Positions 56,204 through 64,000 of a stretch of 64,000 nt of DNA are shown here, piece by piece (position 1 is the first letter of the stretch; every line of letters begins with the position of its first letter). The DNA is from Thecamonas trahens ATCC 50062 (taxonomy: Eukaryota > Protista > Apusomonadida). The translations under genes and the position numbers were made by a program. The notes under the pieces are model-generated. The model had not been told where the DNA came from and searched no databases. It saw nothing but the letters and a program-made list of their open reading frames with translations. The DNA is taken from positions 372,001 through 436,000 of the forward strand of contig NW_013657675.1 of the NCBI RefSeq assembly GCF_000142905.1, read 5' to 3'.

Positions 56204-57487
56204 CTACGGCTCGCGCTCAAAGATGGCAGCGGCGCCCTGGCCTCCGCCGATGCACATAGAGACGACGCCGTAGCGGCCGCCAGTGCGGGCAAGGTGGTGG
56301 AGGAGGGTGGCCACCTGGCGGGCGCCGGTGCAGCCGAGTGGATGACCGAGAGCGATGGCGCCACCGAGTGGGTTGACCTTCTCGGTAGGAATGCCGAGAA
56401 CGTCGACGCAGTACGTGGCCTGTGAGGCAAAAGCCTCGTTGATCTCAAAGATGTCGATGTCGTCGATGGAGAGGCCGGCCTTGGCGAGGACGGCTGGGAT
56501 GGCGACGGCCGGGCCGATGCCCATGATGGCGGGCGGGACGCCCGCCACGGCAAAGGCGACAAAGCGGCCAAGAACCGGTGAGCCGTGGGTCTTGGCGTAT
56601 GCGCGCGAGGCGAGAACAACAGCCGCGGCGCCGTCGGAGACCTGCGACGAGTTGCCGGCGGTCGTTGAGCCGCCCTTCTTGAACGCCGGGCGGAGCTTGG
56701 CAAGCTTGGCCAGAGTCGACGGGCGGGGGCCGTCGTCGGAGCGGACAATAACTTGGGTCTCGTCGTCGTTCTCGTCGACGACAACGGCGGTGACCGGCAC
56801 GATCTCGTCGTCAAACAGGCCCTGATCCTGCGCCGCGAGCGCGCGCTGGTGCGAGAGAAGCGCAAAAGCGTCCTGGGTCTCGCGCGAGACGCCGTACTTG
56901 GCGGCAACGTTCTCCGACGTGATTCCCATGGGAGTGAGGCAAGCTGCGGCGTTGGGCACGTCATGAACGGCGTCGTTGACCGGGCCGAGCGAGGCCATCA
57001 TGTCGGCTGACGACATGGACTCGACGCCTGCGCCGATGCCGACGTCGATGACGCCAGTGGCGATGGCGGCAGCGACCGAGGCCACAGCCTGCAGACCCGA
57101 CGAGCACTGGCGGTTGGTGGTGACGACAGGGACCTCGACGGGGAAGTCGGCCAGGAAGAGGGCCATGCGGGCCTGGGTGGCAAAGCCGCCAGGGGCGAGC
57201 ACGTTGCCCACCACCACATCGCCGACGTCAGCACGCGGCACACCCGCAGCCTCCACCGCACCGGTCACCGCCGCCTGAAGCAGCGTCGTCGGGTGGGTAT
57301 CGCGGAACGAGCCCTTGCGCGCCCTTCCGATCGGCGTCCGCACCGCCGCCAGGACCACCACATCGTCGTCGCCGTCTCCTCCGGCAGCCCGTCCGCGACC
57401 GCCAGCGGGTGCCACCTGCGCCAGCAGCCGTGCTGTCCGCTTCCGCGGTGCAGACGGCGTATGGGTGGTACTTGAGGGTGCAGACAT
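56204..57487 (-). CDS. ACAA1: Peroxisomal 3-ketoacyl-CoA thiolase
   Basis: NRQCSSGLQA, GVESMS, MGITSENVA, NEAFASQ, GAIALGHPLGCTGAR, SMCIGGGQG; PTS2-like RTARLLAQV near the N-terminus. Confidence 0.93.
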   Translation of the reverse strand: MSAPSSTTHTPSAPRKRTARLLAQVAPAGGRGRAAGGDGDDDVVVLAAVRTPIGRARKGSFRDTHPTTLLQAAVTGAVEAAGVPRADVGDVVVGNVLAPGGFATQARMALFLADFPVEVPVVTTNRQCSSGLQAVASVAAAIATGVIDVGIGAGVESMSSADMMASLGPVNDAVHDVPNAAACLTPMGITSENVAAKYGVSRETQDAFALLSHQRALAAQDQGLFDDEIVPVTAVVVDENDDETQVIVRSDDGPRPSTLAKLAKLRPAFKKGGSTTAGNSSQVSDGAAAVVLASRAYAKTHGSPVLGRFVAFAVAGVPPAIMGIGPAVAIPAVLAKAGLSIDDIDIFEINEAFASQATYCVDVLGIPTEKVNPLGGAIALGHPLGCTGARQVATLLHHLARTGGRYGVVSMCIGGGQGAAAIFEREP

Positions 57488-57803
57488 CGGCTGTGGTAGG
57501 TGTAGGTGTGAGTGAGGCAGGGAGGAGTGGTTAGTGCCGAGAGGGGGGGGGAGGGGGGAGGAAGGAGTCACGGGCTGGGCTGGTGGTTGTCAACAGGTGT
57601 TAGCCGGTAGGGGGGGGGGGGGGGGGGAGGGCTGGTAATCCAAGGCCACTGCTTGTGGGATGACAGTACAAGCTATCACAGCTAGCATTGTTTCTGTTGC
57701 TGTGCGTGAACGTGGTCGATCGCTGTGGCTATGGCCTTGGCCTCCAAGGTTCGGCATCATTGGCGAAACAGCGCGACCACCAGCTCACCCAGCAGGCACA
57801 GCA

Positions 57804-57804
<1 letters not shown>

Positions 57805-57870
<66 letters not shown>
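57805..57870. repeat. (CA)n microsatellite
   Basis: Uninterrupted AC dinucleotide run. Confidence 0.95.
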
Positions 57871-57871
<1 letters not shown>

Positions 57872-57916
57872 ACTCCATCCCACCATCTCCTAACATCAGA
57901 CTGCATCGCGCTGCTC

Positions 57917-59089
57917 ATGGCTCAGACCGTGGCTGAGACTGGGCTCGAGTGCGCGGTCCTTCCGCCCCGGGCCGCCGACTACAAGCGATGTGCTGGCCTG
58001 GGGGATCCGCTGGAGGCCTCGAGGTCCAAGGCACTACGTGCGCAGGCCAATGCCCGCCGCAACTCAAAGGCACTGGCTAGATCGCTGGCCATGGCCGCGT
58101 ACTGTGATGATGACGACGAGAGCGAGCTGGACGATGCCGACGATGAGCGTGAGGGCTGGTGCGGTAATGGTTCGGGCGGGGCTGGTCCGAGCCAAGGCTA
58201 CGGCGTGGGCCCAGCCGAGCCGGCGTCCTGGGCGCTCCCTCTTGCCCCTGATGGCGAGGTTGACCCGCTGGGGCTCACCACTGACTGCGATGGCTGGATC
58301 GACGCCGATGCTGACGCTGACGCCGATGGAGTCTCTGGCGTCTTTCATGACGAGGCAGTGCTGGCCGCTGAGGCTGAGGCTGCGACGAGCGTGGCGTTTA
58401 TGGAAGAGCGGAGTGCGGTGGCAGAGGCCAATGCGAAGCGTCGCAACAATGCACGGCGCATCGACTTCCGCAAGCAGATCATGACCGGCGAGTATATGGA
58501 GGGCGTGCCAAGCGACTTTCCAGATGCTTGGCTGGTGGTTCCTGTGCCAGCCGGCATGCGGCGGCTCCTGGTCTCGAACCGTGGCACTACCGTGGCTCGC
58601 AACCGGTGGGGCCGCGCCGTTGACTCGTTCCCGTCGCGGCTGCCCGGCGGCTCGCGGGCGGCGCGCAGGGTCCGCGACAAGTACTGCATCCTCGACTGCG
58701 TATTTGTGCCCGACCAGGCCGAGGCCGAAGCCGGCAGCGGCGCTACCATCGGCACCTACTACGTGCTCGACGTGCTTTGCTGGAAGGGCCAGCCTCTGTA
58801 TGAGACCGGCGCCGAGTTCCGCGCGTTCTGGCGGACGTCGCGGCTGATGGAGATTTCCGGACTGGAGAGTGTCCATCCGACCGCCAATCGCCACGCCATC
58901 GTCAATTTGGGTCCGTATCCGTGCGACGCACACGGCCTTGCCGCCGCCGTCGAGTCCGGCGACCTGACACTCGACGGCCTACTACTCTTCCACAAGGAAG
59001 GCCACTACGCACCGGGCACCCGATCGCCGCTTGTTCTCTGGCTTGAGGCGCATTTGCTCCCCTCGTTCCTCAGCGAAGTGGCAAGGTAA
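57917..59089 (+). CDS. SNUPN: Snurportin-1 (m3G-cap import adaptor)
   Basis: PR...YK N-terminal motif, QIMTGEYMEGVPSDF..WLVVPVPAG.R, FPSRLPGG, YCILDCVF, YYVLDVLCWKG, EFRAFW, DGLLLFHKEGHY.PG.SPLVLW. Confidence 0.9.
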   Translation: MAQTVAETGLECAVLPPRAADYKRCAGLGDPLEASRSKALRAQANARRNSKALARSLAMAAYCDDDDESELDDADDEREGWCGNGSGGAGPSQGYGVGPAEPASWALPLAPDGEVDPLGLTTDCDGWIDADADADADGVSGVFHDEAVLAAEAEAATSVAFMEERSAVAEANAKRRNNARRIDFRKQIMTGEYMEGVPSDFPDAWLVVPVPAGMRRLLVSNRGTTVARNRWGRAVDSFPSRLPGGSRAARRVRDKYCILDCVFVPDQAEAEAGSGATIGTYYVLDVLCWKGQPLYETGAEFRAFWRTSRLMEISGLESVHPTANRHAIVNLGPYPCDAHGLAAAVESGDLTLDGLLLFHKEGHYAPGTRSPLVLWLEAHLLPSFLSEVAR

Positions 59090-59128
59090 ACTGCAGCGGA
59101 TTGCACTTTAATCTCTCTCGCGCGCCTC

Positions 59129-59670
59129 TTACTCGTCGTCATCAAACGAGAGAACCTGGCCCTCGCCGAGCGACTCGTTGTGCAGCTGCTGCTCGCGCTC
59201 TGCTGAGAACGACATCATGGCTGCAAGCTTCTTTCGGGACTCTTCGTTGCGCAAGTTCTGGCGGGTAGTGTACACAGCCTCGAGTGCATCATGCATCTCA
59301 TCGATGGCGTCCTCCACCCATGACGGCATGCCCTTGACTTCGATGCTGTACAGCCCCTCGAGGAGCTCGTCGTTGCGAACGAGCGGCTGCAACCAGTCGA
59401 GTGCGGCAGAGGAGAGAGACGACGAGAGCGCCAAAGGCGTGAGTATGGCCATGAAGTAGATTGGGGATTAAGGGATGCAGGCACCATGATATGTGGGAGG
59501 AAGGCATGGGCATAGGGGAGGAGAGGGCCCTTGCAACGCTGCCAGTCCGCCCCTCCCCCTCCCCCCCCTCCTTCTCCGCCCTCCCCCCCCCCCCTCCTCC
59601 GCCCTTCTCCCCCTCCCTCTCTCCCCCCTCAACATACCTCAAACTCAACATCCGGCCGGTAAGAGTTCAT
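59129..59670 (-). CDS. 96-aa hypothetical protein; exons 59638-59670, 59129-59386
   Basis: ATG at 59670, GTATGT donor, TACTCAC, TGCAG acceptor in phase 0: MNSYRPDVEFE|PLVRNDELLEGLYSIEVKG...SFDDDE. Confidence 0.7.
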
Positions 59671-59854
59671 ATCGTTTCTGCTGTAGCCTCGAGCCAGGTG
59701 GTGTCTCCTGTTGGGTGTCGGTGGTCCGCTGGCTGCTGCCGGTTGTCGGCTGGCTATGGACACAGACACGAGTCACCGACTGCTTATCTTCTCGGCTCCA
59801 GCGCACAATCTGAAGAGTAGTTTACTTGCGTACGGCTGGATCAACTCGCTGGGT

Positions 59855-60984
59855 CTACTCATCGGCGGCAGGAAGGCCTGGGAGAAGAACAAAGCCATTG
59901 TCGGCGCCACAGAGCAGGGTATCGGATGCCGAGAGGGCGAGCGAGTTGACCGGGAGCATCGAGTCGAGGATCTGGTCGATGGCGATGTTCGAGTCGTCGC
60001 GGAAGGCAAAGGTGCTCCGGTTGCGGTCCTTGTTGGCATTAAAGTTCCAACGCAGCACAGTGCCGTCGTCGGCGCAGGAGAAGACGGTGTCGGGCGCGTG
60101 TGGCGAGAACTCGATGTCCCACACGTCGGACGAGTGGGCGTGGATCTTGGTCACCGCAGAGCCAGCCGATCGCAGGTCCCACACCGAGAGCATCCCGTCC
60201 GAGCCACCCGTGGCCAGAAAGTCTGGCTGGTTGGGATGGACCGCCACGGTGTGGACCACCGTGCCCGGGCCCGCATCCTTCAGCACCATGGCTGCGCTTG
60301 CGCTCCGAGTATCCCACACCTCGAGGTGCATGCCGACCGCCACAATCTGCGAGGCACCGACCCAAGCCAGGTCCGAGACCGGCGAAGCCAGCGGTCCACC
60401 ACCCATCGCAGCCACTACCTGCCCGCCCGCCGCCCAGTCGACCACTAGCACGCCGCCCTCCTCGGGAGACGTCGCTGCCAGCGGCGCCGATGGCGCTGCA
60501 GCCAGAGCTGCGCCCGCCCCGCCGCTGTGCACATCATCGATGACCATAACAGGCACCAGATCCGCATACCCCGCCTCCAACTCCAGCAACGATAGAGTGC
60601 CGGCCTCGGACAGCACTGCTACATGCCCATCGTCCACCACCACCATGTCCGCCGTCGAGCCAGCCGCCACCGACGCCACCGCCACAGGGTCCACCGCCTC
60701 GGGCTCGTCACACCACAGACTCACCATGTTCGGCTGTGCAGCATCCCCCACCCCACCACACATTCCATGAGTGCCCCTCCTCTCCCTTCTTCCCCATCCC
60801 TGCTCCCCGTCCTCCACCCCCCCCCCCCCCCCACACACACACCCACACCAGCCACACACACACCTCCCTCCCTCCATCTACATACTCTCGAGTCCCAGGC
60901 TGCAGTCACAAAGTGCCGGCCATGCGGAAGCCAGACCACATTGCCCACTTTGCCGCCCACAAACTTCCACCGCTCGCCCTCCAT
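59855..60984 (-). CDS. NUP43: Nucleoporin Nup43 (WD40); intron 60734-60885
   Basis: KFVGGKVGNVVW...FVTAAWDSR|PNMVSLW, AVHPNQPDFLATGGSDGMLSVWDLR, AHSSDVWDIEFSP, PVNSL..LLCGADN match recalled Nup43. Confidence 0.88.
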
Positions 60985-61163
60985 GCCTCACACAGCGTGT
61001 GCCAGAGTGCAGTGTGTCCGCCTCCGGGCCCGCCTGTCCACCTGCCCGCCGAGATGGAGCCTCTCTGTAGCGACACACACACTACCATCACTCCTCTGTC
61101 CTTCTCCCCCTCTCCCCCATAATCCTCCCATCTTCTGCGCACCCCATCCTCCTCGGTCATCAC

Positions 61164-61979
61164 ATGGCGACGTCGTCCTCGGGCGCGCTGCCCTCGGACA
61201 CGCTGCCCTCGGGCGCGCTTATCTTTGACTTTGACTCGTCACTAATCGACGCCAACACCGATACCATCGTCTTGGACAGGCTCGATGCTGGCCTGCGCGA
61301 TCGACAGCGGGAGCTAGTGGCAGAGCTCGGCTCTGATTGGCCGGCGGTGATGACGACTGTTCTCGGCGAGCTGACTTGTGGTCCCGATGCTGTGCTGGCA
61401 GCCATGGCGGACGTGCCGCGCTTCCGCGAGTCTGAGGACGCCGTTCGTCGCGCCCGTGACCTTGGCATGGACACCTACATTGTCTCCAATGGGAACACGG
61501 TGCTCATCGGCGCTGTTCTGGAAGATCTCGGCCTATCTGATGCCTTTACCGCCGTCTATGCCACTCCGGGCACGTGGTCCGATGACGGAAAGCTCGTCGT
61601 GGCCCCGTATCACACCGACGGCGTCGCCTGTACCCGCTACCACCGCTGCCCGCCCATGATGTGCAAGGCACGGGTGATCGAGTCTATTGTGGCCGAGCGC
61701 AATGGCGTGCCCTACGATCATCTCGCCTACGTCGGCGACTCGGTCGGAGACTTCTGTGCGCTCACTGCTCTCGATGCCAGTCGCAACCACCACGCGCTCG
61801 TCCGCGGCGACTGCTCGCTCGAGACGCTCCTTGCCACCGATGCTTCTGCCCGGGCCCGCGTCTCGCTCCCGGATGACTGCCTCCATCGCTGGACCTCTGG
61901 TGCCGATGTGCTTGCCGTCCTCGAGCGCCACGTCTTTGCCGCCGTTCACGAATCATCTGCTGCTCCTCCAGCCAGTTAG
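61164..61979 (+). CDS. HAD-superfamily phosphatase (PHOSPHO1/2, pyridoxal-phosphate phosphatase-like)
   Basis: IFDFDSSLIDANTD, IVSNGNTVLI, CPPMMCK, YVGDSVGDFC. Confidence 0.85.
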   Translation: MATSSSGALPSDTLPSGALIFDFDSSLIDANTDTIVLDRLDAGLRDRQRELVAELGSDWPAVMTTVLGELTCGPDAVLAAMADVPRFRESEDAVRRARDLGMDTYIVSNGNTVLIGAVLEDLGLSDAFTAVYATPGTWSDDGKLVVAPYHTDGVACTRYHRCPPMMCKARVIESIVAERNGVPYDHLAYVGDSVGDFCALTALDASRNHHALVRGDCSLETLLATDASARARVSLPDDCLHRWTSGADVLAVLERHVFAAVHESSAAPPAS

Positions 61980-62216
61980 CGACCAGAGCGTACATCATGA
62001 CCACGCCATCAAAAGATGCTGCTCTACCGCCAACAGTCGCCTTGTTTGCCATCGCCGCCACCGTCGTCACCGCAACCGCAGCCGTCCCATCCGTCATGTC
62101 GGCAACAAAGAACCGAACGACCGAATAGACAGCAGGCAGCCCACGCCACGGCAGGCCACCACCTCTCCCCCTCCCTCCCTCCCCTCTACACACACACACA
62201 TCATCATCATCATCAC

Positions 62217-64000
62217 ATGGCCGCGCTGTCGCAGTCGTCGCCGGAAGTCCATGTAACGGTTGAGGCCGAGGAGGAGGGCGGGCAGCGGCGGTCGTCGCGA
62301 CTGCGGCGGCTGAGAACGACAGGTCTCCCGAGTGCCAGGTCTACAACGCTGTCCCCTTCTCCGAACGGTGCTGGTGATCTGGGCCTGCTGTCACCGCATG
62401 CACGTGCGGGGCACAGGCGTCGAGGCTCTATCTCCCAGGGTGTGCTGGACCTCGAGTCGGCCTTTCTCTCGTCGGGCTCGAGCTCGGCGTCTGGCACGGA
62501 GAAGAGCGGCGGCTCGGGCTCGGGCTCGGGCTCGAGCTCGTCGTCATCGACTTTTTCGTCCGACGAGGTTGCCGATGGCGGTGAGGGCGCAAGCGTGCGC
62601 CAGCGCCGCCGCAAGGTCAAGGCAACGTCCGGCAACGACCGCAGCCGATCCGATGTCGACAAGCTGGCAAAGTTGGTCAAGCTCAAGCGCAAGCTGAAAG
62701 AAAAGGTTCAGGTTCTCAAGGCTCGCAAGGTCAAGGCCTACCTGATCAAGCCAGTCTACGCCGAGTACTCGCGGGTCTCCAAGGCCATCAAAGCGCTCAA
62801 GACCAAGCAGGCGCTCAGCGCGTTCCAGGTCATTGATACGGACGGCAACGGCACGCTGAGTGTCTCCGAGTTTGCCTCCCTTGTCCGCCGCATTGTGCCG
62901 ACCTTCAGCGACGCAGACGTCGACTCGGCCTTTTCTTCGCTCGACCTCGACGCGTCGGCCACCATCTCGCGCGACGAGTTTGTGGCCTGGTGGGAATCGT
63001 TCGACCGGACTGACAACAAGATGGTCAACCTCCGCCGCAAGCTTGGAAACTGGGAGCAGCTTTCGGCCGCCACGGCTGAGGGCTCGATGAGCGCTGGTCC
63101 GGAGCTGGGCAGCAGCTCGCCGCCAGTCAACTCGGTTGCCGCCCGCCGCGCCCGCCGGACCAAAGCCAAGCGTAAGCAGTCGTCGGCACTGCTCCAGCAT
63201 TCGCGGTCGGCGGTCTCGGTCCACCTCGCAGCCTCGCCGCAGTCGCCCGCAGGCACCTGGCCGCGCATCTCGGCGTACCAATACCGGCTCAATCCGACCA
63301 AGCCGAGCTTGGCAAAGTACTTTCCGTTCTGGGAAGACTTTTACACTGCTCCGTTTCTAGTGGCGAGCATCTCGCGCATTCCTGTTGAGATGCTGCTGCG
63401 GGTTCTGCTCTCGCCGCAGCCGTACCTGTACGAGGTCGCAGATGCTGTCGCCCCCGAGGTCGACATCCGAGTCTCGGATCCGGAGCTGCTCCGCGTTGTC
63501 CTTGTCTCGTTTGAGGACTATCTCTCGGTCGAGACGCTGCTTGGCCTCCTGCTCGAGCGGATGACCTGCATGCCGCTGGATGCTGTGCCGGCGGAAGCGT
63601 TCAAGCCCTGGGCGCTCAGCGCCGCCGTTCTTGCCTTCCTCTACACGTGGGTAGTGACTGCGCCGTACAACTTTGAGCTCTCGGCGCGGCGGGCCCAGGC
63701 GCGTGCGGTGGTCAAAGCAACGGCGCCGGCGCCGGACAAGCCGGTTGTGGCTGCGCTCCAGCGCGCGGTCCTTATCGAGCTCAAAGGTGTGGCGAGCGTG
63801 GTCAAGCAGAGCTACGCAGTCGATCCCGAGTCAGTGGTGGCGTGTGGCAAGCCAATTCCGTCGCCGGTCGTCCCGGTCTCGTTGCGGCCAACCCGGCTGA
63901 GTTTGGTCCGAATCGGGCCGCTTGAGTTTGCGCGCCAGCTGACCCTCATCAACTTTGAGGCCTTTATGGCCATCCGGCCCAACGAGTTTCTGCTCAAAGT
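62217..64000 (+). CDS. EF-hand-containing RasGEF (partial, runs off window end)
   Basis: In the frame of ATG 62217: EF-hands DTDGNGTLSVSEF and DLDASATISRDEF, a REM-like region, and the CDC25 start PLEFARQLTLINFEAFMAIRPNEFL. Confidence 0.88.
   Translation, partial: MAALSQSSPEVHVTVEAEEEGGQRRSSRLRRLRTTGLPSARSTTLSPSPNGAGDLGLLSPHARAGHRRRGSISQGVLDLESAFLSSGSSSASGTEKSGGSGSGSGSSSSSSTFSSDEVADGGEGASVRQRRRKVKATSGNDRSRSDVDKLAKLVKLKRKLKEKVQVLKARKVKAYLIKPVYAEYSRVSKAIKALKTKQALSAFQVIDTDGNGTLSVSEFASLVRRIVPTFSDADVDSAFSSLDLDASATISRDEFVAWWESFDRTDNKMVNLRRKLGNWEQLSAATAEGSMSAGPELGSSSPPVNSVAARRARRTKAKRKQSSALLQHSRSAVSVHLAASPQSPAGTWPRISAYQYRLNPTKPSLAKYFPFWEDFYTAPFLVASISRIPVEMLLRVLLSPQPYLYEVADAVAPEVDIRVSDPELLRVVLVSFEDYLSVETLLGLLLERMTCMPLDAVPAEAFKPWALSAAVLAFLYTWVVTAPYNFELSARRAQARAVVKATAPAPDKPVVAALQRAVLIELKGVASVVKQSYAVDPESVVACGKPIPSPVVPVSLRPTRLSLVRIGPLEFARQLTLINFEAFMAIRPNEFLLK

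Noticed and set aside
51045-57487. Peroxisomal gene cluster (PEX1 + thiolase), and a ciliary gene cluster across the window
   Set aside because: The genes are interspersed with unrelated ones; such proximity is expected by chance in a compact genome.
1-64000. tRNA or rRNA genes
   Set aside because: None recognisable by eye; tRNAscan-SE/Infernal would be needed to exclude them.

Overview
GC-rich, gene-dense, intron-poor eukaryotic nuclear DNA from a flagellated protist. Gene content and style suggest an apusomonad such as Thecamonas; this is inference only. About 30 protein genes are present. Ciliary/centriolar: TMEM107, zeta-tubulin, ASPM, CFAP43 and a SAXO-like repeat protein. Housekeeping: DDX51/Dbp6, RLP24, NAD kinase, organellar LysRS, PEX1, peroxisomal thiolase, TTC5, snurportin, Nup43 and a PRDX4-like peroxiredoxin. 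Signalling: Ras, an EF-hand RasGEF, and STE20, WW-NEK and eEF2K-like kinases. Also a front-end desaturase and an MmpL-type transporter. Six genes are split by single-base frameshifts at short base runs, most likely sequencing errors. The most unusual parts are: (i) an accessory island at ~30.1-37.1 kb with a Crinkler-like coiled-coil/nuclease-fold/kinase gene, decayed gene fragments, and a dense palindrome array (three TTC-N3-GAA cores) next to the only strongly AT-rich block; (ii) a hidden spliced 72-aa gene that looks like a signal peptide + ~15-aa peptide + GPI signal; (iii) introns with a recurrent ACTCAC branch-site motif instead of ACTAAC; (iv) a degenerate piggyBac relic at ~24.6-25.5 kb.
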